64,000 nt of DNA, from NCBI GenBank assembly GCA_951406725.2, contig OX597816.1, positions 69,378,001 to 69,442,000 on the forward strand. Direction: 5' to 3'. Positions within the stretch are counted from its first letter, which is position 1. Every line of letters begins with the position of its first letter. Position numbers and translations under genes: made by a program. The DNA is from Octopus vulgaris. Taxonomy: Eukaryota. This document shows, piece by piece, positions 1 to 12,524 of the stretch. The notes under the pieces were generated by a model. The model had not been told where the DNA came from. It ran no database searches and worked only from the letters and a program-made list of their open reading frames with translations.

Positions 1-263
1 TAACAAAGATAATTACGTCCCACAAAATACTTTCCTATTTTCAATCACTCTCGTGTCAATTTTACGAACACTTTCAGACACAAACTCGCACGCAGACATA
101 CACACGTATTCACAGACATCAGCAGCTTTTTTACTTTCCCCCTCTCCTATTCTTTCTCTGTCGCATAGTAATGAAATTAAGAATTCATTTACCCATACGT
201 TAAAACAAAAACGAATATATCTAAAGATATACATATTCATGAATATCACCACAGATATTTTCT

Positions 264-557
264 TATGTTGTTTTATTTAGAAATGGTCATTTTGCCAGAT
301 TAGCCAATAAAAACACACGCACTATATATTTGGTGTTAATTTGCTTCAGTGTTATTTATTCTTTACATTAATCTTAATCTTATTTCGGCCAGAGTCCTTT
401 CGTCACACTTCTGTGACCTCACCAGTGGTCCTTTGTTTTCTTATTTCTTATTTGTGTAAAAAATATATAATGCTGAAGCAAATTAACACCAAATATAGAG
501 TGCGTGTGTTTTTATTGGCTAAACTGGCAAAATGACCATTCCTAAATACAACAACAT
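264..557 (-). mobile_element. Fold-back (inverted-repeat) non-autonomous Penelope-like/retrozyme-like element with a hammerhead motif in the spacer
   Basis: Arms ~264-367 and ~454-557 are reverse complements (e.g. AATGGTCATTTTGCCAG vs CTGGCAAAATGACCATT). The spacer holds a hammerhead-like motif on the minus strand. Confidence 0.6.
387..431 (-). ncRNA. Minimal type I hammerhead ribozyme-like motif (variant core)
   Basis: Minus strand reads GGACCA-CTGGTGA-G-GTCACA(GAAG)TGTGAC-GAAA-GGAC-TC-TGGCC: stem I CCA/TGG, 6-bp stem II, GAAA, short stem III, CUC site. The core has A6->G. Confidence 0.5.
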
Positions 558-2477
558 CTGTTTCAACACACGATTTTACATCAAGAATCTTGCAAAACAA
601 ATATATAAACGATATTTTCTTAGTTACACTTATATCGACACACATGCACATTTGAATATTATGTTACATAAAGCAATATATAACGTGATTTTTAAGCGTG
701 TTACTAGACATACCCTAAAATACTAGAGCGTTTACATATTCACACTCATACATATATATGCGGGCTTTCTTACAACTCCTGAGAGAATATATGTACATTT
801 AATTCAAGCATATCAAACATAACAAGATTGTTTACTCTGAATTAGTATTAATTCATAAATATTTCACAGTATTCACACAGGCACACGAAAAAGATTGATA
901 GATAGATTTATGCAACAGGAGTTCGTTATCGATCAAAGATTGAGTTACACAGGAAAATCCTAATTTCAGAGAATTCCTGTTCCACAGGTGGTATAGAAAA
1001 TATCCTACATAGCACATTAAAATTAGTCAAACGTTGCCGGAATGATTACAGCAGTACACAAGAGTGATCATACAGTATAACGATAAAACGATCGTAAACG
1101 ATGCATTGAAATGATTTCCTAGCTCCATTCGTTGATATATGTCATAATAAACACATCATGATCATTTGTAGATTTTTAGATTAATTGACTGATAGCGGGT
1201 ATCGGTGAAAATGCATATTTTTGTAAACAGAAGGGTTAATATGCGCCGACTCATCTATTATATATAGATGTGTATGTGTGTGTTTACATGTTTATGCGTG
1301 TGTGTTTACCATTCTTGTGTAAAACCGAAAAACTGTTATTCTACGAACGGAGTATCGCGTGAAATATACGAATAGCATTTATTTAGACACTCTCTTGTTT
1401 TAATGCTCTGAATCAGGCTGGCCACTTTCAAAACATGAAATCAATGACGCCGTTGTTCCGAAACTACGATATAATGTAAATAAAAATAAGTTATTGGGAC
1501 TCTGGTGCTCTTCTGATTTTGCTCTTCATTACAAAGTAAACAAAATGTTGTTATCTAATTGCCATTCTCAAATTAAAATCGATTGATCTTCAGAGAATAT
1601 AATTTATGGAAATCGTCTCTCATTCGATTTAAACTTTAATAAAATAATGCTTTAATTATTGCCGAAATAATTTTGAATGACTTTGTGGGAGATTAATTAG
1701 CTCCGGAATGTAAATAGTTAATTAATGATCAAATTAAGAAGTGTACAACTTTTGCACATTGAATATTTATTCACGTTTGTTGATGTCGGCCAGAGCTGTT
1801 GTTTAGCTTTAGAAAGAAGGTCTCGGAATATTTGCCCCAGAGCATTTAGTTGTTAATCTTTACGTTCTAATTTCAACTCCTAATATTTATCTGGATTGAA
1901 TTTTCTCCTCAGTTAGTACTTGACAAGCGGCGATGCATTTCAGCTTTTTATCTGATAAAAGAAATTTGTATCAACGGAGTTTCCTGAATGTGGGATATTA
2001 TCATTATGCATCAAGTGAACGATGATAAGCAGATTAAATATATTACCATACTTGCTCCGGTTCTGTACATTCTGAATTTTAAAATTTCTGAGGTCGATTT
2101 CACTTTTCCTTCTTCCTAGGACCGCTAAAACAAACGTTCTGCTAAATACAGCTGGCGGTCTTATCGTCAGATTAACCTTCCTGAACTTTTTCAGTTTGTA
2201 CTTTTGTTACTATTATTATTATTTAGTTAAAGAAAGGCGGCGAGCTGGCTGACTCACAAGCACGCCGGGGGAAATGTTTATATCTTCAGTGGGAAAAATA
2301 TATACCCTTGGATGTTTTATATGTGTTTATGGATTCATTAAAGCAGAGTGCTATAATTATATATTATGCTCAGGTCATATAAATATAAAGTAAATACTTA
2401 CTTAATATTTATTGAGTATTAATTGAAACTGCTGTAAATTCTCCCTCTGCCATTCACTCTTTGTCTGTCTCTCTGTC

Positions 2478-2534
<57 letters not shown>

Positions 2535-2554
2535 TTATATATACGTATATATAT

Positions 2555-2589
<35 letters not shown>

Positions 2590-2845
2590 CCGAAAAATGT
2601 TGAAAAATATTTAACATGTTTCGGTTATTAGAGTGAGACCATGCTTGGGAACCGCCTTGGGGCGTTTAATAGTCAAACAAATCAACCTCAGTACAAGTTG
2701 TTAAATCCTGTACCAATTCTATCTCTTGCTCGCGCAGAATCAATAAGTCGCGTTCACGTAAACAAATCGACCCGTGTTTGGGGACAAGTAGAAACACAAA
2801 GACAAGCATATCCGCACGCACTAATATATACCCCTCCCACCACTC

Positions 2846-2876
<31 letters not shown>

Positions 2877-3452
2877 TTGATAAAAATTGAAAGATATCAA
2901 AAGAATGAAAGAAGGGTAAAAATACCGCTTGCCAAAGATGAAAACGAAAGCTTCAAATGTTTAATATAGCTATTCAGGTAGAAGTCTTGCTAACCGCCTC
3001 ATTAATACTATTTTTAACAACTATAATGCTTTCATATAGTTACATTTTTATTGTTTACGATAGTTTTCTCTTTAAACGGAGCGGGACGATTAAGGTTCGA
3101 AACGCACACTAGTTGACGTAGTGTGTATTTTGGAAATAGATGTTGCTATCTGCAACTGAAGATTGCAAAGTATGTTTTCTCATGCACAGCAGAAAATCAA
3201 TTGATATTGGGGTACGGAAACTATCTTCAAATTCCATCCTGAAGGTAGACCTGTTTTTTAAAGTGTTCATTGTGTTGCGCGTGTGTGTATTTATTGTAGG
3301 ATTGGTGGTTTTCGAAGCTTTCGCTTTCATCTTTGGCAAGTGGTATTTTAACCTTCTTTTATTCAAATATTTAAAATAATACTTACTATGGTAGAATTCT
3401 TACTCGCCGCCTCATTATTACTTTTTTTAACAGCAATAATTTTCTCATGTAT
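2877..3452. mobile_element. (TA)n-flanked element with inverted and direct terminal-type repeats (possible Penelope-like remnant)
   Basis: Inverted repeat 2903-2954 / 3314-3364, direct repeat ~2977-3036 / ~3390-3448, and (TA)n on both sides. Confidence 0.4.
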
Positions 3453-3464
3453 ACACACACACAC

Positions 3465-3547
<83 letters not shown>

Positions 3548-3548
3548 T

Positions 3549-3810
3549 AATAATTATTTGAGGGAATATTAATCCTAACTTACAGGGAAAAAATTCAATT
3601 TAGAAATACTAAATCAAATTTCACGCAATATAATATATGTATAAAAATTAGTAAAAAACACTTTTTATCAATTCAAAATGAACAATTAAATTACACCATC
3701 TAGAAAATTACATATAATAGAAATATTAAAATTAAAATAACAATAAAATATCGATTATTAAGTAAATTGTAAAATAAATAATAAAAAACGTATATAAATG
3801 GTAGAATAAT
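3549..3810. mobile_element. AT-rich (TA)n-embedded repeat fragment related to the 49933-50210 element
   Basis: AGGGAATATTAATCCTAACTTACAGGGAAAAAATTC aligns with the reverse complement of 50132-50210 (AGGGAATAAATCCAAATTTACCGGGAAAAATC). Flanked by (TA)n. Confidence 0.45.
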
Positions 3811-4198
3811 ATATATATATATATACGAAACGTTTCTTTGAATTTCGTTCAATTTTCTTTTGCCAAATCCAGTTACATGGCTCTAGTCGACCCGAGGTGT
3901 TCATAGACGACAGCTAGCCAAATACCGCACAGAGGAACTGAGCTTAGAAACAACTGGTAGAGAAGAAGAAAATCTCTCTTTTCACCACATACGTTTTACG
4001 TGTTTTTGCTATGGACTGCGGTTATGCTTGGCCACCGCCTGTAGGATTTTGTCGACAAAATTAGACTAAGCACTCATGTTTTTGTTTTTATTTTTTGCTT
4101 TTTCTTAATGGGATAATTTATTCTATCGGCCCTTTTTGCCGAACCAGTACGATACAGAAACTAAACAAGCTAAAATTACTCGCTAAGACGTGATATTT

Positions 4199-4520
4199 GG
4201 AGGCGCAATGGCCAAGTGGTTAGGGCAGCGAACTCGTGGTCGGAGGATCGCGGTTGCGATTTCCGGACCGGGCGTTTATTGAGTGTGTTTATTGAGCGAA
4301 AACACCTAAAGTTCCATGAGCCTCCGGCAGGGGGTGGTGGCGAACCCTGTTGTACTCTTTCTCCCCAACTTTCTCTCACCCCCTCTTTCTGTTTTTGAGT
4401 AACGCTGCGACGGATTGGCGTCCCGTCCAGCTGGGGGAAACAGGTACGCCAATGAAACCGGAAAACTGGGCCTATGAGCCTGGTTTGGCTTGAAAACGGT
4501 GCATAAATAAATAATAAATA
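4199..4520 (+). mobile_element. tRNA-derived SINE (family A head)
   Basis: Head GGAGGCGCAATGGCCAAGTGGTTAGGGCAGCG has A-box and degenerate B-box, and there is an (AAAT)n tail. Same head at 61448 and at 9296-9543 (-). Confidence 0.85.
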
Positions 4521-5079
4521 CATGATATAGTGAAAAACACAGACACAACCACACGCGCATATAAACCTAGCTCCAGTATACCAAAGTTACACTGAAAGCA
4601 TTGCTCGGTTCGTGGACATAATATAACACACTATCCGCAGGTGCCGCGCAGTGGAATTCAAGCTGAAGCCACATCATTACAAAAATTGATTCTTAACCAC
4701 ACGAACATTCTCGTGGCTAAATAAATTATTTCTCCAAAGCTACATACACGCGACGAAGCACATAGAGACACAGATGCCCGAACTTACATATATATGTAAT
4801 TTATATGTTTGTGAGAGTTTCTAATATTCTCGTATGAACTCATTGTTAGTCGTTTCTAACTGAAATTTAGTTTGGTGTATATTTATTGATTTATTTGTAT
4901 TATTACTAGGCCAACTAACTAAATTTCAGGCTAAAGAAATTGAAAAGTTATCTGATCTTCAGAGCTATTGTTGCGATACTGGTGCGCTATTAGTGCGCTA
5001 TTGGTTTTGCTAGGAGCGTGAAATTAAACGCGCGGCATGTGTTCAGTTAATTTCCACTTCAAGCTATATAGTTATTTCA

Positions 5080-5080
5080 G

Positions 5081-5124
<44 letters not shown>

Positions 5125-5132
5125 CATCATCA

Positions 5133-5164
<32 letters not shown>

Positions 5165-5171
5165 TTCATCA

Positions 5172-5203
<32 letters not shown>

Positions 5204-5210
5204 TTCATCA

Positions 5211-5254
<44 letters not shown>

Positions 5255-5330
5255 TTCATCATCATCATTAGTATTGTTATTATTTTCATCATCATCATCA
5301 TCATTATTATTATTTTCCTCATCATCATCA

Positions 5331-5383
<53 letters not shown>

Positions 5384-5412
5384 GCTATTATCATGGTTAT
5401 TATTTATTATTT
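5080..5412. repeat. (ATT/ATC)n trinucleotide microsatellite
   Basis: Direct reading. Explains the poly-L and poly-I ORFs. Confidence 0.95.
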
Positions 5413-6339
5413 AACCCGATTATCATTGATGCAGTTATCTGTTAGCTAGCAGAATTATTCAGTTATTTTATTTATTTTAGTTTCGTTTTTTATATTTTTT
5501 TGCTTTTGCTTTTGTTTTCAATATCTTCTTTCTTTGTGAATTAATGATGTTGACGGTAGCTTTGCTGTCTAAAAATCACAGTAATTAGAAATCTAATTAG
5601 ATGTGAGATTATAAAAGCTAAATAATAATAGTAATAAATGAATATATAAAGAAATAAACAAACAAGCAAATAAATAAAAAGAAGAACATCTAAAATTCAT
5701 AGCTGACAAAATTAAAAAAAAAAAAGACAAAATGTATAGGAAAGATTAATGAAAAATAAGAAAAAAACCCTGACAAAGGAAAATGAATGAAGAACAAAGA
5801 AGAGAAAATGGTAGAGAAAAGAGCGGAAGTAAGATAATAGAATTTTTCAAGCAAATCTTCGTCTTTATAATATTAACGAGAAAATATATTTTTATAACTA
5901 GAATTTTCGTATCAAAAATTTGTAGCAGCAGCAGCAGCGTTAGTTTTAGTAGTTGTAGCAGCAGCAACTGTGATTACATTTTCCAGTGAGGCCTTTCATT
6001 TTATTCTGATGACACTACTGTAGATCAACAGCGTAAGTAAGAGCTGTTGCATGTTGTGGTGGACAAGAGTTTGCTATGAATACCGTTATCTGAGACAGCC
6101 GTTGCTGCTTCTGCCTTATGATATAAGACCACGTCTAGACTGTCCGACTCTCTTTTCTTTTTATTCCATATAATACAATGACCCACGTGTATCTCATTTT
6201 GTGATGAGACTTCTAAGGAAAATGTACAAGCTCATTTGTTGCATCTGTTCATACATATATATAAACAGATACAGATATGTGCATGTATGCATGTGCACAC
6301 GTATATATATAGTATATATATATATATAGTATATATTTA

Positions 6340-6489
6340 TAAATTTTGCATCTTTTCATTTGTCTTGCTCGCTTTCGTTCTGGCGTTTGCTAAATTATCT
6401 TGAGAAGAATCCCTTCTTAGTGGCAAGACCATAGTGGGGGCTACTTATAGCATAATGGATGCCCACTTAGTGGTCATCCTTCTTATATG

Positions 6490-6490
<1 letters not shown>
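6340..6490 (+). mobile_element. Diverged fragment of the 7708-8390 element family
   Basis: TTTTCATTTGTCTTGCT...TAGTGGTCATCCTTCT aligns with 8157-8290. Flanked by (TA)n. Confidence 0.55.
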
Positions 6491-6524
<34 letters not shown>

Positions 6525-6527
<3 letters not shown>

Positions 6528-6676
6528 AAATGTGACAATTTCACTGATGCACACATACACGCACACATGCACACATGCACTTATACATATATATATATAT
6601 ATATATGCATATGTGTATAAGTGCATGTGTGCATGTGTGCGTGTATGTGTGCATCAGTGAAATTGTCACATTTCAA
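6525..6676. repeat. Near-perfect palindrome centred on a (TA)n tract
   Basis: TTGAAATGTGACAATTTCACTGATGCACAC...TTATACA is mirrored by TGTATAA...GTGTGCATCAGTGAAATTGTCACATTTCAA, giving ~60-bp arms. Confidence 0.9.
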
Positions 6677-7173
6677 AGATTTGGAGTTAATCTTTCATTT
6701 CTTCCCCAGTGTAGAAAGGCACATTTTTTCTCTCAGTATTTCTTCCCGTTCACACAACTCGTTTATATTTACAGCCAGATCTACAGACCTTCCTTACATA
6801 CATGCATACATACATACATACATACATACATACATACATACATACATACATACATACATACATACATACATACATGCATGCATGCATACATGCATACATA
6901 CATACATACTGTACATAGTGGAATATGTAATATATTGCTTAAGTACCAATTTCGAGAAATTAGGTTTCTCAAAACAAGAAACGTGTGATTTTACAGATCC
7001 AAGCCATCATTCGAACTGTAAAAGTCTGTAAAACATTCCGGAAGATTATCATTTGCGTTCATATGTGAATATCTAGATATGTAACAATAAACATGTAATA
7101 TATATATATACATACAAATATATATATACATATATATATATACATATACATATATATACATATATATATATAT

Positions 7174-7497
7174 GTGAAGGCGCATGGCTCAGTGGTTAGA
7201 GCGTCGAGCTTACGATCGTGAGGTTGTGAGCTCGAATCCCGGACCGGGCTGCGTGTTGTGTTCTTGAGCAAGACACTTTATTTCACGTTGATCCAGTTCA
7301 CTCAGCTGTAGAAATGAGTTGCGACGTCACAGGTGCCAAGCTGTATCGACCTTTGTCTTACCCTTGGATAACACTGGTGGCGTGGAGAGGGGAGGCCGGT
7401 ATGCATGGGCGACTACTGGTCTTCCAAAAACAACCTTGCCTCAGAGGGTAACTCTCTAGGTGCAAACCCATGGTCACTCATGACCGAAGGGGGTCTT
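7174..7497 (+). mobile_element. tRNA-derived SINE (family B)
   Basis: Head GTGAAGGCGCATGGCTCAGTGGTTAGAGCG...GAGCTCGAATCCC. Homologous copy at 26931-27240 (-). Confidence 0.85.
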
Positions 7498-7707
7498 TAT
7501 ATATATATACATATATATATATATAGATATATATATATCTATATATATATACATATATATATAGATATATATATCTACACACACATATATATATACAAAA
7601 TTTAGATATATATAGATATATATATATATATCTATATATATATACATATATATATAGATATATATATCTACACACACATATATATATGTATATATATGCA
7701 TATATAT

Positions 7708-8381
7708 ATACAAAATTTAGAAGACTAACCACTAAAAGTGGACAGCCTTTATGCTAGATATAGACGTCAACTCGCCATTTTCCACAAAGAATGTGTTCTC
7801 AAGAAAAAATTCCGCAAAAAACCAACGCGTAAAATTAAGCAAGACAAATGAAAATATGCGAAATAAAAAAACCATTACCTATATACTAATTATTTTCAAT
7901 TGTTTATATTTACGTATATGGATACGCAAACATCTGCAAGTTCATCAGCATAGTCTGTCGTTTACAAAACACTATTTTCAGAACTAGATACAGGACGATC
8001 AACCCAAATCCAGCATGTATAAAGTTCAACAAATTATGTTTATGTGTATCTTTCAAATGCCTTCACTTTGACGCGCTGAGGTCCATATATCAATATACGT
8101 AAATATTAACAAGTGAAACTAATCAGTACATAGGTAATCGGCTTTTATTTCGTATATTTTCATTTGTCTTGCTTATTTTTACACTTTGTTTGCTGAGTTT
8201 TTTCTTGAGAACACATTCTTCGTGGAAAATGGCGAGTTGTCGTCTATATCTAGCATAAAGGCTGTTCACATTTAGTGGTCATTCTTCTAAATTTTGTATG
8301 TAAAAAAAATTTTAATCTTCGGATTTTTTTAAATATGCTAGGCCACTGGTTTTAATTGTTTAATATCAATTTTTACCCCTA

Positions 8382-8390
<9 letters not shown>
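7708..8390. mobile_element. Fold-back Penelope-like non-autonomous element in (TA)n with hammerhead ribozyme
   Basis: Inverted arms ~7708-7925 and ~8088-8299, a unique tail 8300-8390, and (TA)n on both sides. Confidence 0.7.
7879..7953 (-). ncRNA. Type I hammerhead ribozyme with long stem II
   Basis: Minus strand reads CTATG-CTGATGA-ACTTG...CAATT-GAAA-ATAATTAG-TA-TATAG. The inverted half-copy at 8110-8133 reads CAAGT-GAAA-CTAATCAG-TA-CATAG, which restores pairing in stems I and II and at the base of stem III. Confidence 0.7.
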
Positions 8391-8437
<47 letters not shown>

Positions 8438-8440
<3 letters not shown>

Positions 8441-8825
8441 TTTTATTTGTTTCAGTCATTTCACTGCGGTCATGCTGAAGTACTATCTTTAGTCGAACAC
8501 ATCGACCCCGGGACTTATTCTTTGTAAACTTAGTACTTGTTTATTGGTATCTTTTTGTGAACCGGGATGCGAACACACCAGCATCGCTTGTCAATCGATG
8601 TTGGGCTGACAAACACAGACACAAACACACACACACACACACACATACATTCACACACGCACACACGCATACACTTATATATAGACCATGGGCTTCTTTC
8701 AGTTTCTGTCTACCAAATCCACTCAGAAGTCTCTGTTCGACCCGAGGCTATAGTAGAAGACACTTACCCAAGATGCCACGCAGTGGGACTGAACCCAGAA
8801 CCATCTGGTTGGTAATCAAGCTACC
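8438..8825 (-). mobile_element. SINE (family D, internal microsatellite)
   Basis: Reverse complement of the 58802-59218 copy. Confidence 0.8.
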
Positions 8826-9086
8826 ATATATATATATATATATATATATATAACATATATACACACACACACACACACGCATATATATATAATTATATAA
8901 ATATATATATATATATTTATATATGTATATACATGTCCTTGTCTATGGTCCAAATGTTTACGTCGCTGCCTCAACTAAACTGAATAATATGGAGTTGTTC
9001 GGAAGGTGATGACATTTAGTTGATAAATACCTTGCTTTCTTTCGCTTAAATATTACGTTTTTCTTCTGCGAGAGCTTTTTATTATT

Positions 9087-10633
9087 AGATGGTAGGCAGA
9101 GAAGTTGATATGCAGGCCATGATACTCTCATAGAATGTGACTAAATGAAAATAATTTTTCACGACAATCCACTTTGCGGTCCATGCATTTTTACCATATG
9201 CGTTGCATGCCTGGATCCCATTGGTGAAGAAACTTTCATTCTGTTGGTCAAACAATTCATCAACAGTTGTTATTTGTTCCTTCTCGAGCAACGACTGGCT
9301 CGTAAGGATCGGTTTGCTGGTTTCCTCCGCGTATAGGTTCCACTCCTGGACGGGACGCAGGGTCGTCGCAGGTGAGCTGCAAGATGCAGGAGGAAAGAGT
9401 GAGAGAAAGTTATGGCGAAAGAGACAGCGTGGAGCTTAGGTGTTTCGCTCATAAACAGACACACATCGCCCGGTCTGAGATTCAAACCCGCGATCCCTCG
9501 ACCGCGAGTCCGCTGCTCTAACCACTAGGCCATGTGCCTACACTCATCAACAGTAGTACAACAAAATCAACCTGCAGTTCTAGTTCAAAGCCAAATAGAT
9601 TTGTGTGTGTGTGTGTGTGTGTGTTGGGGAACATATAATAGTCAAATAACATTTAGTGAGGGTAAGATGGTTGTTGACCAACCAGTTCAACATGACAGTC
9701 ACGCACAACAGTCATTGAAAGCAAGGTCTTGTGAGCTGGGACAGCATCCTCATAAAAAAAGACTCTTTTCGTCCGTTTTTCTTGGGGTTTACTCTTGATA
9801 GCCTTTCATAACTGTCTCATGAAGTTTGCTGAATACTGTCAATGATGTGGCCCTTTTCAAGATGCTCAATAAACACAGTGCATTTTGCATCCGAAAGTAC
9901 TGAGGCCACCACCTTCACTGCAGATGAAACGATCTTGGAGCAGATGAGGCGGGGTAAGGACACGTTCATGGAAACTAGCTGTCTCTGCTTGAAACAATGT
10001 CAAAATTCCCCTGATGTGATGAGCCTGGTGCGATTTTACTCACATGTTGGAAGAAATCTCACTCACCGAGTAGAAACGATTGTCAAGCGCAAAGGTTTCA
10101 TAACTCTCTCACGAGATATCCTAACAACATTGGCTATTTGATTTAAAGTCAATAATTTGCCATCCATCAGCATGTGGTGAACACGAACATTGTTTCCCTC
10201 GGTGTTGGCAGCTGCAAGAATTCCCGACATTGGGTCTTGTTAAAGACTCTCATTTCAGCTCTTATATTCAACTGCACACTTACACACTGTTGATAAAGCT
10301 GGAGCCCTATCTTTTTGTGTAGCCTATACGTCAGCTTGAATGTCGTTGGAGACTAAACCATTTTTTCTGCAGGCACTTCATGATACAATGATGTCAATTT
10401 TTATTTCTCCATTTTCATGAGGAATCGCTCCTATTTACTTTCGAATCTTCTTTGAACAATGAGATGTTAGTTAACCTGCATAGAAACAATGCTCTCATTG
10501 ATAAGAAATATTGATATTAATGGCTGGACTTAATCCATTTAAAACAATGGTTGAACTTAATCCATTTAACATTTCAAAGCTCTAATAGTACTCCATAATT
10601 AGCCATTTGAACTATTTAGCACACCGTTGTATA
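9087..10633 (-). pseudogene. Degenerate mariner transposase remnant interrupted by a SINE
   Basis: Minus-strand peptides KIVSSAVKVVASVLSDAKCTVFIEHLEKGH (cf. SAGKVMASVFWD..G...IDYLEKG) and C-terminal DELFDQQNESFFTNGIQ. Many stops and frameshifts. Confidence 0.75.
9296..9543 (-). mobile_element. tRNA-derived SINE (family A head) nested in the mariner remnant
   Basis: CGCGATCCCTCGACCGCGAGTCCGCTGCTCTAACCACTAGGCCAT is the reverse complement of the family A head. Confidence 0.75.
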
Positions 10634-10635
10634 TA

Positions 10636-10836
10636 CGAGGTGGGTGTATGAAACGTTTTGAGTCTTCAAACCCTTTGAGTCTTAAAGCACAAGACTTGTG
10701 TACTTTCATCAGAAGTCTTGTGCCTTCATCATAAGACTTGTATCTTCATCAGATGTCTTGTACCATGTTTTGTTTTGTTTTTGAGGCTTTTACCATGTTA
10801 TGTTTTTGAGGCTCAATATTTTTCATACACCCCTCG
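10636..10836. mobile_element. Mariner-type MITE with TA target-site duplications
   Basis: TA-CGAGG(T)GGGTGTATGAAA...TTTCATACACCCCTCG-TA imperfect TIRs, with ~20-bp internal tandem repeats. Confidence 0.7.
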
Positions 10837-11317
10837 TATAAATACACATATTCACATGCCAACACAGATACATAAATACACGCAGGTACACAGATATTCA
10901 CACGCAAAAACATGCACTTACTCTAACGCACGCACGCACGTGCAGACCCTCACCCCACACACAAACACGCACAAACGTACTCACAATCCCCCACACACAC
11001 GCATGGACGAACACACATATGCATATCTCAAATGAAATTAAGTATTATTTTCCGAGCACCTTTTTAAAAACATATTTTAAAAGCAATTTGTTAGTTAAAT
11101 TTATTTCAAAGAAATATTGTTAAATTTCAAAGCGATGGAGTATGAACTTAATTTTGATATCCAGACTGACGTATTTAAACATAATATGATCTCACTGCTA
11201 ATTGCTATCTTATGCTGTGCGGCACATTTTACATGCACAGTTTTCATTGGATTGTAGCAATAAAACAATGTCCCAACACACTCTGTTTTGACTCTATGAA
11301 GATATGTTTATTTAGTA

Positions 11318-11831
11318 CTAGCAGTATCGCCCGGCGTTGCTCGGGTTTGTAAGGGAAATAACTATATAAGCATTTTTAGAGAGTTACTTCCCTTATAGAT
11401 GCCAATTCGGGCTTTCTTAGCCATTTCTGTTTTGGTATCTTCAAGCCATGAAGTCGTTGTTCTAAAAGAACGCTGGTCTCCTTGACAACGCTTTACGACG
11501 TTGATTTCCTTACACTCCCTTCCCCACAGCTGCACGAGGGAGCGAAGAAGGGGGAGAAGCAACACAGGTGCAGATGTGAGCATGGACGCCAACTCCGCCG
11601 CCATCAACACACGAAAAAATATGCATTAAAATGGAATAAAAAATGATGTTAAATTATTTTTAAAATCGTAGACTCATCGTAGACGCGCGCGAATACCCAG
11701 ACGGGCTCGATATGAAGCACGACTATAAGATACCCGAATTTGGTTAAACTGCACCGCAAAATGTGGGAGTAGTTAGGAATCTAAATCGAAGGGGACAGAC
11801 ACTCACACAACTACAGTTTTATATATATAGA
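11318..11831 (-). mobile_element. Non-autonomous Helitron
   Basis: On the minus strand it begins A|TCTATATATATAAAA and ends with the GC hairpin CCCGAGCAACGCCGGG, then 8 nt, then CTAG|T. This gives TC...CTAG termini, an A/T insertion site and no TSD. Confidence 0.8.
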
Positions 11832-12524
11832 TGATTTAAAGTAATTTTATCTGCTAATACTAGCAAGACCAATAACCACACAGATAGTCATTTTTTCGGC
11901 TCATGCTTACAGGAGAGTGTGATGAGAGTGATATTTGATTTATATGAATCGAGCGATAGCATATACGCTTCCCAATTAGCAAGCCATATCAGAAACCATT
12001 AAAGATTTCAATCGCCATTAGAACTACATGCTTTGCAATCTCAATTATCATGAAATGGAAATTGGCTTCTGACCCCACGGGAGTTGTTATGAGGTTTTCA
12101 AACAGGAATTACGCAGTAGTAGTCGCAGCTATCACTCTTTATTATAAAGACTCTGTCAACTTCAATATTTTTAAGGTAGTGGACGGACCGTTTTTTAGAA
12201 TATTGTTAGTAATTAATTATTTAGGGCGGGCGAAATTCGATTCCAAGATCACTTCAGTCATTTAGTGCATCAATCGCATCACACTGAGAGGGAAGTAAAA
12301 GTTTTCACCACCATCTCTTTCTCTTCCACTTCTCCTCAAATTTATACTACAAAACTTCTGATTCAGATACACAGTTATACATGTTGAAAAGTATAAAGCA
12401 GTCGGTGACGTCGATCGTGTAATTCATGTGAAATTGTATCCAACCCAGGCGGTATCAAACACCAGGTTGAATTTGAACTCAGAATGTAAAATGACGTATC
12501 TAGATTTCCAATTTATGTATTTTT

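Noticed and set aside
4199-4272. tRNA-like sequences at SINE heads (also 7174, 58802, 61448)
   Set aside because: They continue into dispersed repeat bodies and lack a proper acceptor stem, so they are not tRNA genes.
5980-6040. AG...GTAAGT-bounded possible exon
   Set aside because: Stop codons in all three frames and no supporting neighbouring exons.
10690-10770. Short spaced repeats (also 32081-32190) as CRISPR-like arrays
   Set aside because: Tandem degenerate units with no unique spacers, in a eukaryotic context with no cas genes.
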